From assembly GCF_964213995.1 (NCBI RefSeq), contig NW_027590137.1:1116001-1180000 (forward strand): 64,000 nucleotides of DNA. Reading direction: 5' to 3'. This stretch comes from Mustelus asterias. Its lineage: Eukaryota. Below the pieces are notes generated by a model, which saw only the letters and a program-made list of their open reading frames with translations, was not told the DNA's origin and did no database searches. Made by a program: the position numbers and the translations under genes. Below, one piece after another: positions 25,095-36,720 of this stretch. The first letter of the stretch is position 1; each line of letters starts with the position of its first letter.

Positions 25095-25335
25095 ATCTTG
25101 TTGTCCCTGAGTTGACCTTTGAAAAGGCAGTGTCATAATTAGCTGCACCATGACAATTTGATATCCTAACCCTACTGATTTCAGGCATGGTCAGGTTTCA
25201 GTACAGCATCCACAGTACGCGTTTTACATTAGCTCAGGAACAATAAACAGGCAACTAGAGTTCACTGATCGATTTCCCTGTTCCTTTAGTAAAACAACGA
25301 CGATTGCAAAGCCCATCCACCGATATCTGAACATT
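25095..25335 (+). pseudogene. Highly degenerate Ig-superfamily V-domain relic
   Basis: GSVIISCTMTI*...QHPQYAFYISSGTINRQLEFTDRF...TTIAK, with an out-of-frame GCATGG.CAGG (AW-R) at the expected Trp position. Truncated by a CR1 tail before the second Cys. Confidence 0.35.
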
Positions 25336-25817
25336 GGAACATAAAACTTAGGCTGCCTGCGAATCCGCTCGACCCTTCAGTCAGATTACAGTTCATCTGA
25401 TCTTCCTTTTAAATCCACTTTACTGCATTGATCCTCATGAACCGTGACATAAATTTTAGTTAAAATGTTTGTTTTACTCAGCTTTAAAATTTTTCTGTGG
25501 CCCTCAGCCTCCACCGTTCTCTGGACTCTCACTGGAGTCACAGGCACGAATGCTCGGATGCTAAAGCTAAGAGAATGTGCACAGAACATTGATTGGAAAT
25601 CCACCAAATCCATCAACACTCCTTGCCCTTCCGTTCCAATAACAAAATGAAGGTATTTTTCTTGATATCCCGTTTCCAAAGCGGAACAAATCGCCCAACA
25701 GGGACACCGAATGGAGGACAAGTTGGAGAGCTTCCATTCACTGACTGTCATCTTATCAACTACCAATCTCACGGTGGCACTGGTGAGACACGGAATTGAC
25801 GCGTGAGCATTCTGAGA

Positions 25818-25827
25818 CACGTCATCA
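25818..25827 (-). promoter_or_regulatory. CRE-like element upstream of the TCR V leader
   Basis: TGATGACGTG (reverse strand) ~75 nt before the ATG. CRE-like motifs are typical of TCR V promoters. Confidence 0.4.
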
Positions 25828-25900
25828 GATTAATAAGGGTGGGGATTAGAATGGGTGTCTTCAAATATCCGATTCCTCCTTTACAGAGCGGACAGAGACA

Positions 25901-26359
25901 ATGCGGGTACTCGGCATCTGGATTGTGTGGGGGGCATTTCTAACAGGTATTTCTGGACATCACGTATGTTTTCTCATTTCCAAAACTTGGGTTGAATCTT
26001 ACTGTTGAGTGCACGTGACTCTATTCTTTATCTATTTGAACATATTTTCCAGGTCTGACCCATGGAGATTCTGTCACTCAGTCGCTGTCCTCAGATGTTA
26101 AGACAGAAGGAGACGCGGTGACATTAAACTGCAACTATGATACTGCAGAAACCTACTATTATTTATACTGGTACCGACAGCATCCAGACTCCCAGCCCGA
26201 GTACATTCTGAGGAAGTATTCGGGGGGTTATGAAGATAAAGCAGATTTTGCTAAAATCCGTTTCTCGACTGATCTCCAGACCTCGAAGAAATCCATCAGT
26301 TTGACTATCTCGGATCTGCAGTTGTCTGACGCAGCCGCGTATTACTGCGCTTTCAGCAT
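25901..26359 (+). CDS. Intact TCR alpha/delta-type V gene segment (leader exon 25901-25946, V exon 26053-26359)
   Basis: Leader MRVLGIWIVWGAFLTG, phase-1 GT-AG intron. V exon LTHGDSVTQSLSSDVKTEGDAVTLNCNY...YLYWYRQHP...PEYIL...RFS...SISLTISDLQLSDAAAYYCAFS has both Cys, the Trp and DxAxYYC, with no stops. Confidence 0.9.
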
Positions 26360-26398
26360 CACAGTGATGGAAAGCAGTCTGACTCCTGTACAAAAACT
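26360..26398 (+). other. 23-bp-spacer recombination signal sequence
   Basis: CACAGTG (26360-26366), 23-nt spacer, ACAAAAACT (26390-26398). Confidence 0.92.
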
Positions 26399-26775
26399 GT
26401 CTCAGCAAGGCAAGTGAGAGCTCCTCTCTACTGTATAGAACCTCTGGCAGATGCAGCCACAATGAGCAGCGGCGCTGTCAGCCGCTCAAACATGCGCTGA
26501 CAGGAAACCATGTTAACCTCGGATCAACTGTCAGCCAACTGTTTCCAGGAGAGGCTGAGAAAACAAACTGCAGAATCAATTAGGCCGACAGGTCCATCAC
26601 ATAGTCAATGCGTCAATTAAATCGTCCCTTCTGCTACTAATCAGTTCTGTATTCCTCTATAATCAAATCTGGATTTTAAAATCAAGCCGAGAAATAGATT
26701 GCTAACACCAAATATTAGTCAAACCTCGCCGTCAATTGTCACACAGACAGCAGACATACAGCTTACCATGTTTGT

Positions 26776-26860
26776 GGCTCGTTGGTCTGGGGTATGATTC
26801 TCGCTTGGGACAATTGCATTTAGATGCGATAGAACTTGGGTTCGTATCCTGGCCGAGCCT
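26776..26860 (+). tRNA. tRNA-Pro-derived pseudogene with a 14-15 nt intron-like insertion in the anticodon loop
   Basis: GGCTCGTTGGTCT-GGGGTATGATTCTCGCTT matches eukaryotic tRNA-Pro. Insertion ACAATTGCATTTAGA; weakened T-stem; T6 Pol III terminator at 26868-26873. Confidence 0.7.
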
Positions 26861-27359
26861 AAAAAACTTTTTTATGAATAGGATGGGAATCCCGGAAGGG
26901 TCGGGGGTTTAAGTTCAGTCGGGCAGCATGGTTGGTGCAGGCTTGGAGGGCCGAAGGGCCTGTTCCTGTGCTGTAATTTTCTTTGATCTTTGTTCCTCTG
27001 ATTCCGAAGTCCCTATTAAATAGAAACATTCACAGTTTACAAATAAACAGAACAGAAACCTCCCTCGAAACACATCATGATATTCTCCAATAATAGGTAG
27101 CATGAAATTGTTCGAAAATGAACTGATACTGAAGAAAGATTGCCATATTTTCCCATACAGTCTGTACGACGAATGTAAGAAAGAACATGTATGAAAATAG
27201 TTGCAGAGATCGGTTACTGAGTGTCACGAACTCAATAGTAGATATATATGAAAATTCAATGAGAGAATGAATTAATAGCTTAGGAAGGAGAAAGGAGAAT
27301 ATGCAAAGTAACATTTAGATATGCTGGATAAATAAAACAATCTAATTATCTTTCCTCGG

Positions 27360-27644
27360 CTGTGACCCCCATGGATTCCACAGACCACATCTGGATTGAA
27401 GGCAATGAGGATGACAACAGCAACATCTGGACAACCGCTTCCACATTCATCGTCCTGTTCTTCCTGAGCATTTTCTACAGCATTTTCTGGTGAACGTGAG
27501 ATGATTCAATTCACCCACATTTCAAACTGGTAGAAGGGATTGGAAAAATCTCTAAATGTTTCAGAGATTAAAAACTCTAACATTAATGTCCCGCATCATA
27601 AACATCTGCTTCATTGTTGTACCTCTCTTTTACAGATCAAGTGA
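27360..27644 (+). pseudogene. Immunoglobulin heavy-chain transmembrane exons TM1 (27360-27495) and TM2 (coding 27636-27644), damaged
   Basis: VTPMDSTDHIWIEGNEDDNSNIWTTASTFIVLFFLSIFYS carries the IgH CART motif. A duplicated AGCATTTTCT frameshifts before LVN|GTGAG. TM2 reads TTTTACAG|ATC AAG TGA (IK*). TM1 acceptor is GG rather than AG. AATAAA at 28008 and 28045. Confidence 0.85.
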
Positions 27645-28834
27645 CGGGTTGAATTTTGGACGCTGTAGATTTCCCTCGGTGACTCAAACAGTATATTATC
27701 TCAGCTTATCATTCTGCACCTGTAACTAAGACAAGCGTGTTCGGTATTTCAGTTTTCAATATGAAATGTACGAGGGATTTCTTTTTGTTGTAATGCAAAC
27801 TATAGTTGATAGTTTCCCTGTAGTTTAAATTTCATGTACACATTTTTCTCGTTTCTTATTCACAATTGTTCATTTCCAGATATGTTTAGCTCCCTTTAAT
27901 CATTCTTGTGTCTGTAACAGCTGTACATATATTGGACAGCTCGGAGCAGATGTGTTCTATTCGAAATATGAAGCTAAATCTTTATGTGCACTTTTGTCAA
28001 CTTTAAAAATAAACTCTTCTATTCAACGTTCTCTGAAAATTTAAAATAAATCTTGAATGAAAAATCAACCAATTCTGACTTTTCTTAACTCCTTTCGCCA
28101 AAGCCCATCGACACAGCTCCATTTTCCGATTACACGGTTACCCCCTTTTCCCAGAAAGGTATTTTTCCCCAGTCCTGTCTGGGACGTGGCTGAACTCAAG
28201 GCTGTTCAGTGAACGAGTCACTGCGCCACCCAGTGAATCATCTGTGTAAGGACACTTCACGTCTGCCTTTTTGATGATAAACTCCAGAGACAGAACGATT
28301 GAACAGCGAGGAGAACCTCGGTGATTTGACACATGAACTGGTCGGTCACCTTCGAGTGTCAAGCAATTCTCAACAGCAAAGGCTCTGCTTCATCAGAGGC
28401 CGATACAGCGCAGTATATGGAAGAATAAATCTTCCTTTACACTGTCCCACCTAACACTGCAAAGATCGCTGCAATGTTGGGAAGCAGAGTAAAACTCTCT
28501 CCCGATTGTCCAATTAATTACTTCAAAGGCAGGGACGCCACCGGCTAGATGATAAAACTCGGGGAGAACAGTGGCGTATTAACCATGAGAGACTGGGATG
28601 TTTACCGCAAAGACATGTAATCGAGTACACATTTCCAAACGATTGCCAGCGTTTGGGGCCTATGAGATATACTCGGGGAAAACACGCAGAAATTCCCAGA
28701 TTCCGAGATCAATCTGAAACAACAAATATGCAGAAATTATGGGAAGTGATCCCAGAGAATACGGCTTGTTCTGATACCGACACTCCAGCTTCGCATTTTC
28801 TCTTAGTGACACAGATAGATATGTTGTCCCCATG

Positions 28835-30070
28835 TCCTGATAAATGCGAAGTGATGCATTTTGGTGGGAATAATGTAGGGAGGAGCTACACGATAAATGG
28901 AAGAACCATAAAGGGACCTGGGTGTGCAAGTCCACAGATCTTTGAAGGTGACGTCACAGGTGGAGAAGGTGGTGAAGAAGGCATATGGCATGCTTGCCTT
29001 TATAGGACGGGGCATAGACTATAAAAGTTGGGGTCTGATGTTGCAGATGTATAGAACGTTGGTTCGGCCGCATTTGGAATACTGCGTCCAGTTCTGGTCG
29101 CCACACTACCAGAAGGACGTGGAGGCTTTGGAGAGAGTACAGAGGAGGTTTACCAGGATGTTGCCTGGTATGGAGGAGCTTGGTTATGAGGAGAGATTGG
29201 GGAAACTGGGGTTGTTCTCCTTGGAAAGACGGAGGATGAGGGGAGACTTAATAGAGGTGTATAAAATTATGAATGGCAAAGATAGGGTGAACGGTGGGAA
29301 GCTTTTCCCCGGGTCGGTGGTGACGTTCACGAGGGGTCATAGGTTCAAGGTGAAGGGGGGGAGGTTTAACACAGATATCAGAAGGACATATTTTACACAG
29401 AGGGTCGTGGGGGCCTGGAATGTGTTGCCGGGCAAGGTGGTGGAGGCGGACACACTGGGAACGTTTAAGACTTATCGAGACAGCTATATGAACGGAGTGG
29501 GAATGGAGGGATACAAAAGAGTGGTCTAGTTTGGACCAGGGAGCGGCGCGGGCTAATTGTTCTTTGTTTCTCGTTTCAAGGCTTCATTCTATGATCATCT
29601 TGCTGGTGCCAGTACAGAGCGAGACTGCGGATAGTTGGGAACCTGTCTCGGGGGCAGGGAATTCAGATGGTGTTCGTAAAACAGAAGTGGAAATGAATAG
29701 GGTTGGGAAGCATTTTCTGATCAGGGCCAGTGTGATCTCCTGGACTCGTTTCGATCGCCACAGGGGGTCGGAGAGGAATTTCCCAGATTTTCTTTTCCCC
29801 ATATTGGCCCTGGGGTTTTCACTCTGGGTTTTCGCCTCTCCCTGGAGATCACATGGTCTGGACTGGGGGGGTGGGGGTGAGTTAATAGGTTGTGATGAAC
29901 AAAGCATCGTAGCTGTGAGGGACAGCTCGGTGGATAGGATATTAGGATGTAGATAGGCTGGAAAATTGGGCGGGGATCCTGGATTCAGGATTCAATCCTG
30001 GACCGGGGAGCGGCGCGGGCTTGGAGGGCCGAAGGGCCTGTTCCTGTGCTGTATTGTTCTTTGTTCTTTT
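28835..30070 (+). mobile_element. CR1 LINE 3' fragment with extended 3' UTR
   Basis: ORF 28924..29529 is the CR1 RT C-terminus; TTCTTTG tail at ~30060. Confidence 0.85.
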
Positions 30071-30296
30071 GGAAATGCACACGCTCCACTTTCTGGTGAA
30101 CACACAGTGACTGTCTGCTTCAAACTGTCACAGCATTGAGTAATTCCAATCCTATCCAAGTCTGTTAAATCCCCTGTTTACCGTCCACATTGAAAAAAGG
30201 GCTGAAAGCCCCTTCATATTCAACTGTGCGGTTGTCGCGGGTAGTGACATCAATTATCATGATAATAGTAACAAGTAATTGACAGAACTGACTGCG

Positions 30297-30410
30297 ACAC
30301 ACACAGAAACATACACAAACAGACACACACAAACACACACAGACACACAAACACACACAAACACACATGCACACACACAAACACTCACACACACACAAAC
30401 ACTCACGCAC
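30297..30410 (+). repeat. Imperfect (CA)n microsatellite abutting the gap
   Basis: ACACACAAACACAC runs. Confidence 0.9.
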
Positions 30411-30597
30411 NNNNNNNNNNNNNNNNNNNNNNNNNNNNNNNNNNNNNNNNNNNNNNNNNNNNNNNNNNNNNNNNNNNNNNNNNNNNNNNNNNNNNNNNNN
30501 NNNNNNNNNNNNNNNNNNNNNNNNNNNNNNNNNNNNNNNNNNNNNNNNNNNNNNNNNNNNNNNNNNNNNNNNNNNNNNNNNNNNNNNNNNNNNNNNN
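30411..30597. other. Assembly gap (187 N)
   Basis: Run of N. Confidence 1.
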
Positions 30598-31589
30598 GGC
30601 ATTGTCATTAGGAAAGTGGAGGCGACTCAAATCCTTGGCCGACACTGCCGCCTGCCGCGATCCACTGGATACTGAAAGGGGACATTCCAGACTGCAGGCA
30701 ATAATTGTGTTTGAGGATAATCAAACACGTACCTATTCTAGTCCCATTTCCCAGCACTTGGTCCATAGCCTTGCATGCTACGGCGTTTCAAGTGCTCATC
30801 TGAATGCAATGTGAGGGGTTGCCGGCTGTACCACCCTTTCACGCGGCCCGTTCCAGATTGCCACCACCCACTGGGTGGAAGTGTTTTGATCCCAAATCCC
30901 CTCTAAATCTGCTGCCCCGTATCTTCAATTCATGTCACCTTGTTATTAACTTCTCTACTTAAGGGGAAATGTCCCTTCCTATTCACAATATCTATATCCC
31001 TCATAATTCTGTACACCTCAATCAGGTCACCCCTCTCCTTATCTGCTTCAAGGAAAGCAACCCCAGCCTTACCCGGTTCTCTTCATAGCTGGAACGCTTT
31101 AGACTAGGCAACATCCTGGTGAACCTCCTCTGCACTTTATCTAGTGTAATTACATTCTTCATAGTCTCTCTTAATGTCTAAAAGTCTGTCAGAGCTGATC
31201 ACACTATGCCTTCCTACTGATCTGTCTGTTCATCATCTGTAAGTTAATTTCTGTCCATTGACCATGTATCCATTCTGCATGCTAGTCCAATAGTTGATGT
31301 GGCTATCAGTCTATCTAACTTTCTAATGTCCATATATCTTATTTGTGTGTTAGTCAAACTCTGTTTATGAAGCTACCCATTTAACTGTCGAGTGATCATA
31401 TATTTGTTTCCTGTTTATTCATCAGTTCCTGTGTCTAGAAATCTATCTATCTAGCTGTCTAGTGACCATATATCTGTTTTGTGTGTTACTGAATGTGTCT
31501 AAGAATCTACTTCACATCTGTCTGCCTGTCCATCCCTGTGTTCATGCTGGAATTCTACAACACCGACATTGGACAATGCGACGACATAG

Positions 31590-32915
31590 CACATAGAACA
31601 TTACAGTGCAGTACAGGCCCTTCGGCCCTCGATGTTGCGCCGACCAGTGAAACTAATCTAAAGCCCATCTAATCGACACTATTCCAATATCATCCATATG
31701 TTTATCCAATAACCATTTGGATGCTCTTACTGTTGACGAGTCCACTACTGCTGCAGGCAGGGCATTCCACGCCCTTACTACTCTCTGAGTAAAGAACCTA
31801 CCTCTAACATCTGTCCTATATCTCTCACCCCTCAATTTAAAGCTATGCCCCCTCGTGCTAGCGATCACCATCGGAGGAAAAAGGCTCTCACTATCCACCC
31901 TCTCTCATCCTCTGATCATCTTGTATGCCTCTATTAAGTCACCTCTAAAACTTCTTCTCTCTAACGAAAACAACCTCAAGTACCTCAGCCTTTCCTCATA
32001 CGATTTTCCCACCATACCAGGCAACATCCTGATAAATCTCCTCTGCACCCTTTCCAACACTTCCACATCTTTCCTATAATGTGGCGACCAGAACTGTACG
32101 CAATACTCCAAGTGCGGCCGCACCAGAGTTTTGTACAGTTGCAGCATGACCTCCTGGCTCTGAAACTCAATCCCTCTACCATTAAAAACTAACACACCGT
32201 ACGCCTTCTTAACAACCCTATCAACCTGGGTGCCAACTTTCAGGGATCTATGCACATGGACACCCAGATCCCTCTTTTCATCCACACTACCAAGTATCTT
32301 ACCATTAGCCCAGTACTCTGTATTCCTGTTACTCCTTCCAAAGTGAATCACCTCACACTTTTCCGCATTAAACTCCATTTGCCACCTCTCAGCCCAGCTC
32401 TGCAGCTTATCTATGTCCCTCGGTAACCTGCCACTTCCCGTCGCACTGTCTACAACTCCACCGACTTTAATGTCATCCACAAATTTACTAATCCATCCTT
32501 CTACGCCCTCATCCAGGTCATTAATAAAAATGACAAACAGCAGTGGCCCCAAAACACATCCTTGCGGTACACCACTAGTAACTGAACTCCAGGATGAATA
32601 TTTCCCATCAACCACCACCCTCTGTCTTCTTACAGCTAGCCAATTCCTGATCCAAACCACTGTATCACCCTCAATCCCATGTGTCCGTATTTTCTGCAAA
32701 AGCTTACCTAGGGAACCTTATCAAACGCTTTGCTGAAATCCATATACACCACACCAACCGCTTTACCCTCATCCACCTCTTTGATCACCTTCTCAAAGAA
32801 CTCAATAAGGTTTGTGAGGCACGACCTACCCTTCACAAAACCGTGCTGATTATCCCTAATCAAATTATTCCTTTCTAGGTGATTATAAATCCGATCTCTT
32901 ATAATCCCTTCCAAT
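31590..32915 (-). mobile_element. CR1 LINE 3' fragment (RT)
   Basis: QHGFVKGRSCLTNL, GVPQG, RPHLEYC in minus-strand ORFs. Confidence 0.9.
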
Positions 32916-34611
32916 CATGCCGAGAGTTTCCATTGCCTGGGAGAGGAACGTGCAGTTTAAGTAGAGACTGTTGCCCGGGATGCGCCAGTGTGTGTGTTTA
33001 AGACGCAAAAGTAGGGGAATTAAGGGTTATGGGAGCAGGCGGGTAAGTGGAACTGATTCACTTCAGATCAGCCATGATCTTATTGAATGGCGGGGCAGGC
33101 TCGAGGGGCTAGATGGCCTACTCCTGCTCCTATTTCTTATGTTCTTATGTAGAAGTATTTCCTGGAGTCCTCAGCTGTCACCGGTGCAACTGTCAGACTG
33201 ATGATTCTGTAAGTTTTGCTCAGGGAGGAGGAAAAGCGACGCCTGGAAAATGTGGCGCTGTCGCTGAAACCGTCAGTGCAGCGGATGAGAATATACTCGG
33301 GACTCCCACCCCCATGGCTGGGTGGAGAGGTTCCCGGCACCAGACCAAACAAGCCCTCTCCACCTCTGTGGAGGAGCAGGCGATGGTCATGGTGGCTCCC
33401 TGCTGGACCCTCACCTCTGCCTCTGGCTGGTGGATGACTGCGGATGCAGCCAGGCTACCTGAAGGATAGAGAAAATTAGAATTAAGTGGAGGTTCCAGCC
33501 ACTCTATCGATTTGAAGCTGGGGAGGTGCGAGGGAGGGGGAGGATAGGGTCGGCCCAATGGAGGGTGGCCCCAGCTTCCACTGTAGGCATCGTGCTGCCC
33601 TTGGAGGTAGCCAGCAGTCGCGGTTATGCCCTGTGAGTGCATCAGTACCATTGCACGAAGCTGAGCAGGAGGGTGGTGCTCCTTGGTGTGCCGCCTGGCC
33701 AGAGACTTGAAGGATTAAGGTCTGGCTAGATCAATATCTACAACATGTATCCAAAACCAAATGAGGTGTGGGATGGAATTTGAGTTGATACCCGACCATG
33801 TTTTTAATTCGATGGCAGCATTTCAAATTTGTTAACGCAGAAACAGGCCATTCGGCCCATGGGCTTTTGCTGGCGTTTATTCACCCCAACTCCACTTCTT
33901 CTCAAACTATCAGATTTGATGCCTATTACTCTTTCTCTCCACCTGAAAGCCTCCCTGTGATATATAAACACTGTTCATGTCACATAGTCCATGTTCTACA
34001 GTTCCACGTTCTCACCATTCACTTAAGGAATTAAAACATGCTTCGCCTAAATCCCACACTAATGGCTCTGTGATTTGTTCTGTCCTGGGATATGAGTCGC
34101 GAGACTGAGCCAGTATTTACTGCCCCTGCTTAATTGCCCCCCTTGAGAAGAGAGTGAGGAGCTGCCTTCCTGGAGTGCTGTGTGTCCAGGTGCACAAGGT
34201 ACACTCAACAGTACTTTTAGGGGGAAAGTGATGTCCCCCATGGTTTTGACCCAGCGACAGTCGCAGAAAGGTGATTTTAGCTTCATGGATGTGTGTGGAT
34301 TGGAGGGAATACTGCAGGCGATGCTTTTCGTGTCCATATGCATCAAATTTATTTCCAAGTGCTGGATGTTTTGGGTTCGGAAGGCAGTGTCGAAGGAGTG
34401 TTTGGTGAACTGTTCATATCTATGATAGGTTTGCCTTTTCTCACTACTGAAGTTTTTAAATAACTATTTGTAAAATTCCAATCATTAAGTAAACTCAGTC
34501 ACTAGTAATATTGCTGTGTACTTGTCTCGAAAGGTCAACATTAAATATAAGAGTATAAAATAATTTATTGAAACGAAATCAATGAGAATCACTAAATTAA
34601 CTTGATTTATC

Positions 34612-34900
34612 AGTGTCACAAGTAGGCTTACATTAACATTGCAATAAAGTTACTGTGAAAATCTGCCAGTCGCCACACTCCAGCGCCTGTTCGGTTACAC
34701 TGAGGGAGAGATTAGCACGGCCAGTGTACCTAATCAGTACATCTTTCGGACTGCAGGAGGAAACCAGAGCACCCAGAGCAAACTCACGCAGACATGAGAG
34801 AAACATGCAGACTCTGCACAGTGACCCAAGCCGGTAATCAAATCCGGGTCCCTGGCGCTGTGAGGCAGCAGTGCTAAACAATGTGCCAAAATGCCGCCCC
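34612..34900 (-). mobile_element. HE1-related SINE variant with a different tail (also 60764-61022+)
   Basis: Same tRNA-like head; tail TTTCACAGTAACTT.ATTGCA...AAGCCTACTTGTGACA. Confidence 0.7.
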
Positions 34901-35214
34901 TAATAATTAATTAAATCAACCACTGCGTATATTGCTCTACTTTTTCTCCAAAAAACAACATTCAGTGTGGAAGAATAAAATACTTTCTTGAGAGGTAATC
35001 AAGGAGAATCTGAAGTGTTACGCAACTGAGATGATTGCTGCTTAACCCTCGTGGGTGATCCATCTGCAAGTTGTATTTGCAATGCTTAGAATAGTGCAAT
35101 ATATCTTGACTCGCTTCTTCATAGTGAGGAACAGGCCTGAAGAGGAAGTGCAGTTTTTCGACTTCCACTGAAATAGGAACTATAAAGCCAGCTTGTTTGT
35201 AAATGATGTGTTAC

Positions 35215-35339
35215 CAAAATCTTGATAATAAGAGTGGAGTCAATGGAGAATGCGACGGTCATCGAAAAAGTTACTGAATGAACCAATTGAGAAGCTTGAA
35301 TTAGGAACAGCGTGTGAGACTGGGTTGTCACTATGTCCA
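35215..35339 (-). pseudogene. Possible orphan transmembrane exon resembling a TCR TM region
   Basis: CCATTACAG acceptor and GTAAC donor, phase 1 to 0. Encodes DIVTTQSHTLFLIQASQLVHSVTFSMTVAFSIDSTLIIKIL; next acceptor gives WKSKN. Confidence 0.3.
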
Positions 35340-35769
35340 CTGTAATGGAAGTGAGACCGAGCACATTGACAGATAAGAGCGTGATAGAGGACAGTGAAAC
35401 AGAGACACCAAGAGAGGGGGGGGGGGGGGGGGGGGGGTGAACATTTTGTTGGCTTTCCTGCCACCTGCTGGAAGAAATAAGAATTTCTCCATCAGCAATC
35501 TCCTGCTTTGCTTTGGAACACAGTAGTTACTTCTGAAATCTTTTCAGAAGGGCGTTGCAGAAACACGGCTGTGATCATTAAATAGCGGCACGGTGTAAAA
35601 GATTAATTGCAGCGAAAAGGCAAGACTCGCAAGAAGGCAGTCATACCCAAACACAAGCACACAGACACAGAAACACACAGAGTCTCTCACTTCCAGCAAT
35701 CTCCCTCTGTTGGACTCTCTTCTTATTTCACATATATACTCACACACACTATCTTGCATTTCAAGGTAT

Positions 35770-36720
35770 GGTACCTTAACAAATGCCCTCTGAAAATATA
35801 GATATACCATATCTACAGGATCCCCAGTGTCCACTTTGCTTGTTACATCTTCGAAGAACTCTAGCAAATTAATCAAAACGATTTGCCCTTCGTAAAACCA
35901 TGCTGACCCTAATGGATTGCATTTTGGCATTCTAATTGCCCCGTTACTACAATCTTAAAAATGGATTCTAATAACTTTAGAACGACAGGTGTCAAACTAG
36001 CTGGTGTCTGGTTTTATACCTTCTGTCTCCTTCCCGCTTTGAATATGGGCATGAAATTATCTTTTTTCCAACCCACTGGAACCGTTCCCACATCCAGGAA
36101 ATTTTGGAAGATTATAACCAATGTGCTGACTATCACTTTCTTTAAGACCATAAGCTGGAGGCGATTCGGCCCTGGGGACTTGACTGTCTTCAATCCCAAC
36201 TGTTTGCTTAACACTTTTTCACTATTGATCATGATTTTTCTCAGTTCCTTCCTTTCTATTACCTCTGCATTTCCTGTTGCTATTGTGATGGTGCTCGATT
36301 TGCCCAGCGTGATAACTGAGGCAAGCTAATGATTGAGAGTTTCCACCATTTCTATTTCCCCCACGATTAATTCCCTAGTCGAATCCTCCAAGGGTCCAAT
36401 TATCACATTCACTCCACTCTTCACTTTTAGGTATTTAAGATGCTTTTGCAGTACTTCTTTAAATGTTGTGCGTGTTTTCTTTCATAATTTACCTTTGATG
36501 TTTTTGTTACTTTTCAGTAACCCATTGTTGATCATTACAAGTTTCCCAATCCTCCCGTCTGCCACAGGCCTTTGCAATATGATATGCATTAGCTTTTCTT
36601 TTCATGCTATCTTTAGCTTCCTTGCTTAGCCATGGATATTTCTCCCCCTCTTACAGTCTGTATTCCTCATGGGAATGTATTTTAGTTGGGAGGAATTAAT
36701 TGTCCCCGTGAGCATTTGCC
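35770..36720 (-). mobile_element. Old CR1 fragment
   Basis: KSPGPN, LEFFEDVTSKVD remnants. Confidence 0.65.

Noticed and set aside
30103-30141. CACAGTG as an RSS heptamer
   Set aside because: No nonamer at 12 or 23 spacing and no adjacent V/D/J coding sequence.
30165-30675. ORFs spanning the N run
   Set aside because: Artefacts of the gap and CA repeat.
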